From positions 1 to 42,884 of the forward strand of contig JAEULC010000160.1 of the NCBI GenBank assembly GCA_016792605.1: a stretch of DNA of 42,884 bases, read 5' to 3'. The position numbers were made by a program, and so were the translations under genes. The notes beneath the pieces were generated by a model. It did no database searches and had not been told where the DNA came from. It saw only the letters and a list, made by a program, of their open reading frames with translations. The DNA is from Rhodospirillales bacterium. Lineage in GTDB: Bacteria > Pseudomonadota > Alphaproteobacteria > JAEULC01. Below, piece after piece: positions 1 through 10,253 of this stretch (position 1 is its first letter; every line of letters begins with the position of its first letter).

Positions 1-1
1 C

Positions 2-1144
<1,143 letters not shown>

Positions 1145-1146
1145 GG

Positions 1147-1500
1147 CTAGCCAAGCGCCTTCTGGTAGGAATCGGGCTTGAAGCCGACCAGGAGCTTGTC
1201 GCCGACATCGAGCACCGGGCGCTTGATCATCGAGGGCTGCGCCTCCATCAGCGCGATCGCCTTCTTCTCGGTGACGCCCTCGCGCTCGGCCTCGGGCAGC
1301 TTGCGGAAGGTCGTGCCGGCGCGGTTGAGCAGCACCTCCCAGCCTACGTCCCTGGCCCAGGCCTCCAGCCGCTTCCGGTCGATGCCGGCCGTCTTGTAGT
1401 CGTGAAAGCTGTAGGCGATGCCCTTGCCGTCGAGCCAGGCGCGCGCCTTCTTCATCGTGTCGCAGTTCTTGATGCCGTAGATCGTGATCGCTTTTGCCAT
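1147..1500 (-). CDS. ArsC/Spx/YffB-family small thiol-redox protein
   Basis: 117 aa from the ATG at 1500 (MAKAITIYGIKNCDTMKKARAWLD...MIKRPVL). The longer 210-aa ORF upstream has no family-like sequence. Confidence 0.8.
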   Translation of the reverse strand: MAKAITIYGIKNCDTMKKARAWLDGKGIAYSFHDYKTAGIDRKRLEAWARDVGWEVLLNRAGTTFRKLPEAEREGVTEKKAIALMEAQPSMIKRPVLDVGDKLLVGFKPDSYQKALG

Positions 1501-1687
1501 GGACGGGAACTCGCCTCGCGCCGGTTGACTTCGTACCGATCCTACGCGAAATTCGCCCGCAGTGCGCGTTGGGGCGCCTCCTGTCCGCGGCAAGGAAGCC
1601 TGCTTCCACCCAATCGGTCGACTTCGCTCCGTCGAACCTTCTTCCGGCCTGCTTAAGCGGATCCCAGGCATCACGGAAGGATGGACC

Positions 1688-3340
1688 ATGCCCAAGCGGC
1701 TTTCGCCGAACGCCTCCCTCGACAAGCTCCGCAACACCGCCAAGCGCTGGCTCAAGGCGCTCCGCGCCGGCGACGCCACGGCGCGCGCGCGCCTGCTCGC
1801 CGCCTATCCCAAGGCGCCGGCGGAGCCGGTGTTGCGCGACGTGCAGCACGCGCTCGCCCGGGAATACGGCGCCGCGGACTGGAGCGCGCTGAAGGCGGCC
1901 GTGGCCGACCTGGCTCTGGGTCGCCTCGGCCGCGCCGAGCAGGTGGAGATCGTGCTGCGTCATTGCTGGCAGGGCGACAGGACCGCCGCGCTGCGCCTCG
2001 CCGCGCGCAATCCCGGCCTGGCGCGGGAGAACATCTACACCGCCGTCGCGTTTGGCGACCTTGCCGAGGTCGACCGCCTGCTGCGCGAGGATCCTGCCCT
2101 CGTCAACACCAAGGGCGGCCCGCTCGGCTGGGAGCCGCTGCTCTACCTCGCCTATGCGCGCCTGCCGGGCGGCGATACGCACAGCCTCGCCATCGCCGAG
2201 CGCCTGCTCGATCGCGGCGCCGATCCCAAGGCGTGGTTCGACGACGGCTGGAAGAACCCGTTCACGGCGCTGTGCGGGATCATCGGCCTGGGCGAAGGCG
2301 ACAAGGCGACGCATCCCCGCGCCAGGGAGTTCGCCGCGCTGCTCTTCGCCCGCGGCGCCGATCCCTACGACACCCAGGCGCTCTACAACACCTCGATCAC
2401 CCGCGACGAGACGGGCTGGAACGAATTGCTCTGGTCCGAATGCGAACGCCAGGGCGTGACGCAGAAGTGGCGCGACCAGCCGTATGGCGGCCGCTTCATG
2501 ATGAGCATGCTCGACTACCTGCTCGGCAATGCCGTCGCGTATAACCACCTGAAGCGCGCGGAATGGCTGCTGCAGCATGGCGCGAACGCCGCAGGTATCC
2601 ATTCCTATTCCGGCCGCCCCTTGCGCGAGGAAGCCCTGGTCTATGGCCACGGCGCCATGGCGGCGCTGCTGGAGCGCCACGGCGCGCCGGCGGTTCCGCT
2701 GCAGGGCCAGGCGGCGTTCGAAGCCGCCTGCATGCTGCTCGACCGCGACACGGCGGCGGCCCTGGCGCGCGCGCATTCCGAATGCCTCGGAAACGCGGCC
2801 CCGATGATCGCGGCGGCGCGCAAGAACAGGGCGGATGTCGTGGCCCTGCTGCTCGACCTGGGCATGTCGCCCGACGTGATGGACGCCGACGAGCTGCGCG
2901 GCATCCAGGCGGCCATCCAGGGCAACGCGCCCACCGTGGTGAAGCTGCTGGCGGAGCGCGGCGCCGATATCGACCGGCCGACCAAGGGTGTCGGCGGCGG
3001 CGCGCTGGGCTTCGCCGCGCATTTCGGCCATCGCGACATCGCCGAAATCCTGGCATCGCGCAGCCGCGACGCGATCCACCTCGCCTATCTCGCGCTGGCG
3101 GACCGCCTCCGGGAACTGCTCGCCGCGGAGCCGAAACTCGCCAACGCGCCCGATCCGAGATACGGCATACGGCCGCTGTTCTGCCTGCCGGACGACGAGG
3201 CCCAGGCGGCGGACATGGCCGCGCTGCTGCTCGCCCACGGCGCCGATCCGCGCCTCACGAGCAAGGAGGGCGAGACCGCCGAGCAGGTCGCCCGCAAGCG
3301 CGGCCTGGACGAGGCCGCCGAGCTGCTGCGCCGAACTTAG
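1688..3340 (+). CDS. Ankyrin-repeat protein
   Basis: ATG at 1688 preceded by GGAAGG. Ankyrin helix-turn ends recur: LLDRGADPKA, LFARGADPYD, LLQHGANAAG, LLLDLGMSPD, LLAERGADIDR, LLLAHGADPRL. Confidence 0.8.
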   Translation: MPKRLSPNASLDKLRNTAKRWLKALRAGDATARARLLAAYPKAPAEPVLRDVQHALAREYGAADWSALKAAVADLALGRLGRAEQVEIVLRHCWQGDRTAALRLAARNPGLARENIYTAVAFGDLAEVDRLLREDPALVNTKGGPLGWEPLLYLAYARLPGGDTHSLAIAERLLDRGADPKAWFDDGWKNPFTALCGIIGLGEGDKATHPRAREFAALLFARGADPYDTQALYNTSITRDETGWNELLWSECERQGVTQKWRDQPYGGRFMMSMLDYLLGNAVAYNHLKRAEWLLQHGANAAGIHSYSGRPLREEALVYGHGAMAALLERHGAPAVPLQGQAAFEAACMLLDRDTAAALARAHSECLGNAAPMIAAARKNRADVVALLLDLGMSPDVMDADELRGIQAAIQGNAPTVVKLLAERGADIDRPTKGVGGGALGFAAHFGHRDIAEILASRSRDAIHLAYLALADRLRELLAAEPKLANAPDPRYGIRPLFCLPDDEAQAADMAALLLAHGADPRLTSKEGETAEQVARKRGLDEAAELLRRT

Positions 3341-5460
3341 CCGACCGCGAAACTATGCGGCGCCTCGCCGCGCTGGCTGCGCGCGTGCATGGTCGCGTAG
3401 GCCTGCTCGAGGTGCCGGCGCATGCGGTCGGTGTCGAACAGCGCGCAGGTCGCACGGTTGGCCGCGAGCTTCGACCGGACGTCGGCCAGAAAACTCGGCT
3501 CGGTCGCCAGGCGCAGCGCCAGCGCCTCATACGCGGCAAGATCGGTCGTAACGAGTTCCTGCAAACCGGCCGCGCGCAGCAGGCTCGTCGCCACGCGGCC
3601 GGGGAAGGCGGTGCCGGTGCAGGTGACGAGCGGCAGTCCGGCCCAGAGCGCGTCGCTGGCCGTGGTGTGGGCGTTGTAGGGCAGCGTGTCGAGGAACAAA
3701 TCGGCCATCGCGTGGCGTGCCAGGTGCTGGTCCGGCCGTACCCTGGGCGCGAAGACCAGGCGCGCGGGATCGACGCCGCGCACGGCCGCTTCGCGCCGCA
3801 GGTTGTCCGAGGCCGCGCTGTGCGCCTCGAGCAGCCACAGCACGCTGCCCTCGACCCGGCGCAGCAGGCGCATCCAGACATCGAAGATGTCCGGCATGAT
3901 CTTGTAGTTCTTGTTGAAGCAGCAGAAGACGCAGCCCTGTGGCGGCAGGCCCGCCTCGGCGCGGGTCGGCGCGGCCGTCGCGATGGCGCGCCGGTCGTCG
4001 TTCGCCTGGTAGGCGTCGGGCAGATGGACCACCTGCTCGCTGAAATGCCGGCTCTCCCCCGGCGGCACGACGGTCGCGTCGGCCAGGATGTAGTCGATAT
4101 AGGGCGCGCCCATCGTGCCGGGGAACCCCAGGTAGTTCACCTGCACCGGCGCCGGACGCTGCGCCAGGATTCCCGTCCGGACGCCCTGGGTGAAGCCCGA
4201 GATGTCGACCAGGATGTCGGCCTCCATCGCCCGCAGCTTCTCGGCGACGGCGCGGTCGCTCATCGCGGTGGCGTCGATGAAGGTTTCGAACGCGCCCTCC
4301 AGCCGGCGTCGCATCCGGCTGCCGTCGTCCGGGGCGAGCGATACGCCGATGGTCTGGAACCGCGCGCGGTCGTGCCGCTCCAGCACGCCGGCCAGCAGGA
4401 TCGGCACGGGATGATCGCGAAAATCGGCCGAGAGATAGGCGAGCCGGATCCGGTCGTGCGTGTAGCGCTCGCCGCGCCATAGCGGAACGGCCGCGGCGGG
4501 GAACTGATCGGCGGCGAAGGTCTCGGCGCAGCGCCGGTGCGCCGCGGGCGAGGCGCTGACCGCCAGGAACGAGAACGGCATCGCCGCGCGCTTTCCGGCA
4601 AGCACCGCCTGCTCGACGCGCCTCGTCAGCGCGGCATGCTCGGACCAGTCGCAGCAATGCAGCATCGCGTGGTGCAGGCGTCCGATCGCGTAGGGATGAT
4701 CGGGCGCGATCGCCACCAGGCGCCGGAAGCCCTCGGCCGCCTCGACCGGCCGGCGCAATTCCAGCAGCACGTTGCCGCGGCGGTTCAGCGCGTCGGCCAT
4801 GGCGGGCTTCAGCGCCAAGGCGCGATCGAAGCGCGCCAGCGCCTCCTGCGGCCGCCGCAACGCCTCCAAAGCCACGCCGCCGTTGTAGTGCGCCTCGGCG
4901 AAGTCCGGCTTCAGCGCGGTCGCGCGGTCGTAGCCGTCCAAGGCGTCGGCGGGCCGGCCCAGATCCTTCAGCACCGTGCCGCGGTTGTTGTGCGCCTCGG
5001 CGAGCTGCGGCAGCAGGCGGATCGCGGCGTCGAAGCCGGCCAGCGCCTCCTGCAGCCGTCGCAGCGCGGCGAGCGTGTTGGCGCGGTTAAAATGCGCCTC
5101 GCCGTAGTCGGGCTTCAGCGCCACGGCGCGGTCGTAGCTCGCCAGCGCCTCGTCCAGCCGCTCCGCTTGGCGCCGGGCGTTGCCGAGGTTGTAGTGCGCC
5201 GCCACGAAATCCGGCTTGAGCGCCACGGCCTGGCCGATCAACCGCTCTGCCTCGTTGAACCGGCCGCGCTGCATCGCCACGACGCCCAGCAGATGCAGCG
5301 CGTCGACCTGGCGGGGATGGGTGGACAGGACCAGGCCGTAAAGCCGCTCCGCTTCGTCCAGCCGTCCGGCCTGGTGCTGCGCCACCGCCTGGCGCAGCGC
5401 CTCCGGCGGCGACAATGCGCCCTCACCCACGCGTGGTCGTCCCCTGCATGCCGGATGCAT
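3337..5460 (-). CDS. TPR-repeat protein fused to a GT41 (SPINDLY/OGT-like) glycosyltransferase domain
   Basis: ATG at 5460. The N-terminal third is tandem 34-aa TPR units (…AHYNLGNA…YDRAVALKPDYGEAHFNRAN…, about 4665-5400). The C-terminal two thirds carry SPY/OGT-type blocks (GFPGTMGAPYIDYILAD, FCCFNKNYKI, ADLFLDTLPYNAHTTASDALWAGLPLVT). The listed 1383-aa ORF is a read-through artefact upstream of 5460. Confidence 0.8.
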   Translation of the reverse strand: MHPACRGRPRVGEGALSPPEALRQAVAQHQAGRLDEAERLYGLVLSTHPRQVDALHLLGVVAMQRGRFNEAERLIGQAVALKPDFVAAHYNLGNARRQAERLDEALASYDRAVALKPDYGEAHFNRANTLAALRRLQEALAGFDAAIRLLPQLAEAHNNRGTVLKDLGRPADALDGYDRATALKPDFAEAHYNGGVALEALRRPQEALARFDRALALKPAMADALNRRGNVLLELRRPVEAAEGFRRLVAIAPDHPYAIGRLHHAMLHCCDWSEHAALTRRVEQAVLAGKRAAMPFSFLAVSASPAAHRRCAETFAADQFPAAAVPLWRGERYTHDRIRLAYLSADFRDHPVPILLAGVLERHDRARFQTIGVSLAPDDGSRMRRRLEGAFETFIDATAMSDRAVAEKLRAMEADILVDISGFTQGVRTGILAQRPAPVQVNYLGFPGTMGAPYIDYILADATVVPPGESRHFSEQVVHLPDAYQANDDRRAIATAAPTRAEAGLPPQGCVFCCFNKNYKIMPDIFDVWMRLLRRVEGSVLWLLEAHSAASDNLRREAAVRGVDPARLVFAPRVRPDQHLARHAMADLFLDTLPYNAHTTASDALWAGLPLVTCTGTAFPGRVATSLLRAAGLQELVTTDLAAYEALALRLATEPSFLADVRSKLAANRATCALFDTDRMRRHLEQAYATMHARSQRGEAPHSFAVG

Positions 5461-5561
5461 AACGCAAAGGACGCCCCAGGGAAACACCGCGCCCCTTGGC
5501 GCCGGCTCGCGCCCCGGCCTAAAGTCCGGCGGGTTCCCGGTCGACAACGCGCGAGTTCGCC

Positions 5562-5948
5562 ATGCCTGTCCGCATCGTTCGCCTCGGCACGAAGCGCCTG
5601 CCCGGCGAGGGCACGCGGATCGGCACCGTCCGCCGCCTGCCGCGCGGGGTGCGCAAGGAGCGCTACGCCGCCGAGAACTGGTTCGACGTCTGGTACCCGG
5701 AGCTGGCGCCGAGCGCGGACTTGGTGAAGCGTGCCCAGGCGGCCGCGACGGACGCCCAGTGGAACGGTTTCGCCAAGTCGTTTCGCGCCGAGATGAACGC
5801 GCCGGCGGCCAGCCGGACGCTAGACCTGCTCGCCGCCCTGTCCCGCGACGCCGCCTTCTCGGTCGGCTGCTACTGCGAGAACGAGGCGCGCTGCCACCGC
5901 TCCGTGCTGCGCGACCTGCTGGCCGAGCGCGGCGCCGAACTGGCGTGA
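5562..5948 (+). CDS. DUF488 (YeaO-like) family protein
   Basis: 128 aa. It has the typical DUF488 N-terminus (RIVRLGTKRLPGEG…) and C-terminal VGCYCENEARCHRSVL motif. Confidence 0.8.
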   Translation: MPVRIVRLGTKRLPGEGTRIGTVRRLPRGVRKERYAAENWFDVWYPELAPSADLVKRAQAAATDAQWNGFAKSFRAEMNAPAASRTLDLLAALSRDAAFSVGCYCENEARCHRSVLRDLLAERGAELA

Positions 5949-5958
5949 GGCAGCCGCC

Positions 5959-6468
5959 ATGACCGTCCTGCCGATCCTGCAGTTCCCCGATCCACGCCTG
6001 CGCCAGCCCGCCGTGCCCGTGACGGTGTTCGACGACGACCTGCGGCGCCTGGCCGCCGACATGCTCGACACGATGCGCGCTGCCGAGGGCATCGGCATCA
6101 CCGCGCCGCATATCGGCGTCGCGCGGCGCGTCGTCGTGCTCCAGCTCGCGCCGGACGCGGAGGCGCGGACCTACGTCAATCCCGCGATCGAGTGGGCCTC
6201 CGGCGAGATCGCCCGACGCCAGGAAGGCAGCGTCTCGATGCCGGGCGTCGCCGAGGAGGTCGAGCGCAGCGCCCGCGTCCGGGTGCGCTACCAGGACCTC
6301 GACGGCACGACGCACATGGAGGAAGCCGACGGCCTGCGCGCGGTCTGCCACCTGCACGAGATCGACCAGCTCGACGGCATCTTCTGGATCCTGCGCCTGT
6401 CGCGCCTGAAGCGCGAGCGGGTGGTGAAGCGCTACGAGCGGCTGATGCGGGCTCAGCCCTCCCGATAA
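5959..6468 (+). CDS. Peptide-deformylase-like protein (PDF fold, metal ligands substituted)
   Basis: 169 aa, collinear with Def. Motif 1 is GIGITAPHI, motif 2 is EGSVSMPG (canonical EGCLS), motif 3 is HEIDQLDG (canonical HExxH). It starts 10 nt after the DUF488 stop. Confidence 0.8.
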   Translation: MTVLPILQFPDPRLRQPAVPVTVFDDDLRRLAADMLDTMRAAEGIGITAPHIGVARRVVVLQLAPDAEARTYVNPAIEWASGEIARRQEGSVSMPGVAEEVERSARVRVRYQDLDGTTHMEEADGLRAVCHLHEIDQLDGIFWILRLSRLKRERVVKRYERLMRAQPSR

Positions 6469-7472
6469 TAGTAGCTGTAGCCGTTCAGCGCCGGGGCGCC
6501 GCCGAGATGAGCGTATAGCACTCTGGAACCTTCTGGAAAGAAACCCTTGCGCGCCAAGTCGATCATGCCCTGCATCGACTTCCCCTCGTAGACCGGGTCG
6601 GTGATCATCGCCTCGGTCCGCGCGGCGAGTCGGATCGCGTCGTTGGTCTCCTCGGACGGTACGCCATAGGCCGGATAGGCGTAGTCGGGATTGATCACGA
6701 TCTCGTCCTCGCGCACGGCGCGGCCCAGGCCGACGAGCCTCGCCGTATCCTCGACGATCTGGCGCACCTGCGCCCGGGTCTGCGCCAGGGTTCCGGACGC
6801 ATCGATCCCGATCACCCGCGCCGCCCTGTCCTGCGCCGCAAAGCCGACGATCATGCCCGCCTGGGTCGAGCCGGTGACCACGCAGACGATGATGTAGTCG
6901 AAGGCGAAGCCGAGCGCTTTCTCCTGCGCGGCCACCTCCTCGGCAAAGCCGACATAGCCGAGGCCGCCATATTTGTGCACCGAGGCGCCGGCCGGGATCG
7001 CATAGGGCTTGCCGCCCGCGTCCTTGACCGACCGGATCGCGTCCTCCCAGCTCTGGCGGATGCCGATGTCGAACCCGGCATCGACCAGGCGGCTGTCGGC
7101 GCCCATCAGCCGCGTCATCAGGATGTTGCCGACCCGGTCGTAGACCGCGTCGTAGTGCGGCACCCACTTCTCCTGAATGACCAGGCACTTCATCCCGATC
7201 TTCGCCGCCGTCGCCGCCACCATGCGCGTGTGGTTCGACTGCACGCCCCCGATCGACACCAGCGTGTCGGCCCCCGACGCGATCGCGTCCGGCACGATGT
7301 ACTCGAGCTTGCGCAGCTTGTTGCCGCCCATGGCCAGGCCCGAATTGCAGTCGTCGCGCTTGGCGTACACCTGAACCTTGCCGCCGAGCGCCGCCGAGAG
7401 GCGCGGCAGGTGCTCGATCGGCGTTGGGCCGAAGGTGAGCGGATAGCGGTCGAATTTCGCGAGCAGGGACAT
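6453..7472 (-). CDS. acdS: 1-aminocyclopropane-1-carboxylate (ACC) deaminase
   Basis: 339 aa, PLP fold type [12 protein letters not shown] carries the PLP lysine. DPVYEGKSM (Tyr-Glu) and YAHLGGAP (Leu) are the residues that distinguish AcdS from D-cysteine desulfhydrase. A divergent Lrp-type regulator lies next door. Confidence 0.9.
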   Translation of the reverse strand: MSLLAKFDRYPLTFGPTPIEHLPRLSAALGGKVQVYAKRDDCNSGLAMGGNKLRKLEYIVPDAIASGADTLVSIGGVQSNHTRMVAATAAKIGMKCLVIQEKWVPHYDAVYDRVGNILMTRLMGADSRLVDAGFDIGIRQSWEDAIRSVKDAGGKPYAIPAGASVHKYGGLGYVGFAEEVAAQEKALGFAFDYIIVCVVTGSTQAGMIVGFAAQDRAARVIGIDASGTLAQTRAQVRQIVEDTARLVGLGRAVREDEIVINPDYAYPAYGVPSEETNDAIRLAARTEAMITDPVYEGKSMQGMIDLARKGFFPEGSRVLYAHLGGAPALNGYSYYYREG

Positions 7473-7612
7473 CGCCGGCCTCCGTCATGGCTGATCGGCA
7501 GATCCTGCGCCATCCCCGGCGAAAGGTGCTCCCGAAGCGTTTCGAAATCTGCGCGTTTCTGCTAGAAGTTGACGCTCTATGCTTGATATGTCTTCAATAA
7601 AATGGGGCATTC

Positions 7613-8089
7613 ATGGAAGATTCTTCCACGCCAGTGCTCGACCGGATCGACCTGAAGATCCTGCGCGCGCTGCAGGCCGACGGCCGGCTGACCAACGCCG
7701 AACTGGCGTCGCGTGCCAGTGTCAGCGCCGCCACCTGCCATCGGCGCACGCAGCGCCTGTTCGACGAGGGCTACATCACCGGCGTACGCGCGGAGGTCGC
7801 GCCCGAGGCGGTGGGGCTGGGCGCCCTGGTGCTGGTTGGCGTCGTGCTCGACCGCTCGACGCCCGAGAGCTTCGCGGCGTTCGAGGGCGCGGCGGTGCAG
7901 ATCAAGGACGTGCTCGACTGCCACTTGGTGGCGGGCGACTTCGACTACCTGCTCAAGATCCGGGTGCGCGACATCGCCGACTTCAACAAGCTGCACGGCC
8001 AGAAGCTGATCGCGCTGCCCGGCGTGCGGCAGACCCGGACCTTCTTCGTCATGAAGGAAGTGAAGGACAACGGCCGGCTGCCGTTCTGA
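7613..8089 (+). CDS. acdR: Lrp/AsnC-family transcriptional regulator, AcdR-type
   Basis: 158 aa. LDRIDLKILRALQADGRLTNAELASRASVSAATCHRRTQRL is the HTH, followed by an AsnC-type ligand domain. It is divergent from acdS across 140 bp. Confidence 0.8.
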   Translation: MEDSSTPVLDRIDLKILRALQADGRLTNAELASRASVSAATCHRRTQRLFDEGYITGVRAEVAPEAVGLGALVLVGVVLDRSTPESFAAFEGAAVQIKDVLDCHLVAGDFDYLLKIRVRDIADFNKLHGQKLIALPGVRQTRTFFVMKEVKDNGRLPF

Positions 8090-8104
8090 CAGGGCTGGCG
8101 CCTG

Positions 8105-9655
8105 CTATTCCCACTCGATCGTCCCGGGCGGCTTCGACGTCACGTCGTAGACCACGCGGTTGATGCCCTTGACTTCATTGATGATCCGGGTCGCGACGCG
8201 GGCCAGGAAGGCGTGCTCGAAGGGATAGGACTCGGCCGTCATGCCATCGGTCGAGGTGACGGCGCGCAGGCCGCAGACCTGGTCGTACGTACGGCCGTCG
8301 CCCATCACGCCCACGGTGCGTACGGGCAACAGCACGGCGAAGGCCTGCCATATCTTGTCGTAGAGGCCTGATTTGCGGATTTCCTCCAGATAGATCGCGT
8401 CGGCCTTGCGCAGGATGTCGAGCTTCGCGCGGTCGATCGTGCCGGGCACGCGAATCGCCAGGCCCGGCCCCGGGAAGGGATGGCGGCCCACCAGCGTCTC
8501 GGGCAGGCCCAGCTCGCGCCCCAGGTCGCGCACCTCGTCCTTGAACAGCTCGCGCAGCGGCTCGACCAGCTTCAGCTTCATGCGTTCGGGCAGCCCGCCG
8601 ACATTGTGGTGCGACTTGATCGTCACCGACGGGCCGCCCGAGAACGACACCGACTCGATCACGTCGGGATAGAGCGTGCCCTGGGCCAGGAAGTCGGCGC
8701 CGCCGATCTTGTGAGCTTCCTCGTCGAACACGTCGATGAACGTCGAACCGATGATCTTGCGCTTCTGCTCGGGATCGGAGACGCCGGCAAGGCGCCCGAG
8801 GAAAAGGTCGGAGGCGTCGCGATGCACCAGCGGGATGTTGTAGTGGCCGCGGAACAGGCGCACCACTTCCTCGCTCTCGCCCTGGCGCAGCAGGCCGTGG
8901 TCGACAAAGATGCAGGTGAGCTGGTCGCCGATCGCCTCGTGGATCAGCACCGCGGCGACCGAGGAGTCGACCCCGCCCGACAGGCCGCAGATCACCTTGC
9001 CCTTGCCGACCTGCCGGCGGATCGCCTCGATCGCCTGGGCGCGGAACGCCTTCATCGTCCAGTCGCCCTTGACCCCGGCGATGCGCTTGGCGAAATTCTC
9101 CAGCAGGCGGCCGCCATCGGGCGTGTGCACGACCTCGGGATGGAACATCACGCCGTAGAACTTGCGCTCCTCGTCGGCCAGGATCGCGAAGGGCGCGCCG
9201 GGGCTGGTGGCGATGACGCGGAAGCCCGGCGGCAGGCGGGTCACGCGGTCGCCGTGGCTCATCCACACCTGGTATTGCCCGCCCTTGTCCCACAGGCCCT
9301 CGAACAGTTTCGACGGCGCCTTGACCTCGACATCGGCCTTGCCGAACTCGCGGTGGTCGCTGGTCTCGACCGTGCCGCCGAGCTGGGCGCACATGGCCTG
9401 CTGGCCGTAGCAGATGCCGAGCACCGGCACGTCGAGCTTGAACACCAGGTCGGGCGCGCGCGGCGTGTCGACCTCGGTCACCGAGGCCGGGCCGCCGGAC
9501 AGGATCACCGCCTTGGGAGCGAAGGCGCGGATCGCGGCATCGTCCATGCGGTTGAAGGGGTGGATCTCGCAGTAGACGCCGCTCTCGCGCAGGCGCCTGG
9601 CGATCAGCTGGGTCACTTGCGAGCCGAAGTCGAGGATGAGGATGCGATCGGTCAT
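8105..9655 (-). CDS. guaA: GMP synthase (glutamine-hydrolysing)
   Basis: 516 aa. GATase (ICYGQQ, HPE), the ATP-PPase P-loop SGGVDSSV, and the C-terminal PPGTIEWE are all present. Confidence 0.95.
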   Translation of the reverse strand: MTDRILILDFGSQVTQLIARRLRESGVYCEIHPFNRMDDAAIRAFAPKAVILSGGPASVTEVDTPRAPDLVFKLDVPVLGICYGQQAMCAQLGGTVETSDHREFGKADVEVKAPSKLFEGLWDKGGQYQVWMSHGDRVTRLPPGFRVIATSPGAPFAILADEERKFYGVMFHPEVVHTPDGGRLLENFAKRIAGVKGDWTMKAFRAQAIEAIRRQVGKGKVICGLSGGVDSSVAAVLIHEAIGDQLTCIFVDHGLLRQGESEEVVRLFRGHYNIPLVHRDASDLFLGRLAGVSDPEQKRKIIGSTFIDVFDEEAHKIGGADFLAQGTLYPDVIESVSFSGGPSVTIKSHHNVGGLPERMKLKLVEPLRELFKDEVRDLGRELGLPETLVGRHPFPGPGLAIRVPGTIDRAKLDILRKADAIYLEEIRKSGLYDKIWQAFAVLLPVRTVGVMGDGRTYDQVCGLRAVTSTDGMTAESYPFEHAFLARVATRIINEVKGINRVVYDVTSKPPGTIEWE

Positions 9656-9677
9656 GGGTCCTTGATGGCCTTGTCGT

Positions 9678-10253
9678 CTAGAAGTCGTCGGCGGGCGGCG
9701 CCACGGCGAAGCGGTCCGAGGACAGCGCCAGGCGCAGGTCGCGCCAGCCGAACGCGGTCTCGTCCATCAGCACGCCCCACAGCGCCTCGGTGCGATCGGC
9801 CGCATGCTCGCCCCCGAGCGCGCGGTAGAAAAAGCGCGACGGATTGGTCGCAAGCACCCAGACGATCGCCGAGGGATAGCCGCGCTCGAGCAGGATGCCG
9901 AAGCTGCGCGCCAGCAGCCGGCGGCCGAGGCCGCGGCCCTGGTGATCCTGCGCGACGTAGAGCGTGTAGACCTCGCCGGCAAAGGGCAGCGCCAGGCCGC
10001 GCAGCGGGCCGCAGCTCGCGAAGCCCACCACGCCGTCGGCCGGATGCTCGGCCACCACCACCGCGTCGCCGCTCGGGTTCGCGATCGAGCGCTGCCACAT
10101 CGCCTCGTGCCGCTCGACGGACATGCCGACCAGGATCGAATCGGGAATAAGGCCGGGATAGGTCGTGCGCCAAGTCGCGACATGCACCCTGGCAATCGCC
10201 GGGGCGTCGTCGGCACGCGCGTCACGGATGGTCGTCATGGCCATGGCTAGCAT
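9678..10253 (-). CDS. GNAT-family N-acetyltransferase
   Basis: [18 protein letters not shown]… and the acetyl-CoA motif [13 protein letters not shown]. The start is uncertain (ATG candidates at 10253, 10244, 10238). It overlaps the 3' end of the rsmB-like gene. Confidence 0.75.
   Translation of the reverse strand: MLAMAMTTIRDARADDAPAIARVHVATWRTTYPGLIPDSILVGMSVERHEAMWQRSIANPSGDAVVVAEHPADGVVGFASCGPLRGLALPFAGEVYTLYVAQDHQGRGLGRRLLARSFGILLERGYPSAIVWVLATNPSRFFYRALGGEHAADRTEALWGVLMDETAFGWRDLRLALSSDRFAVAPPADDF

Noticed and set aside
3337-7488. 1383-aa ORF on the minus strand
   Set aside because: Only the 3' 708 codons (3337-5460) look like a real protein (TPR + GT41). Upstream of the ATG at 5460 the translation is low-complexity Arg/Gly/Pro/Ala text, typical of an open off-frame in GC-rich DNA. 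It runs across the DUF488, Def-like and acdS genes.
7473-7612. FNR/CRP-type box in the acdS-acdR intergenic region (TTGATATGTCTTCAA)
   Set aside because: The spacing is TTGA-N7-TCAA, one nt longer than the FixK/FNR dyad. I cannot support a call without a matrix scan.
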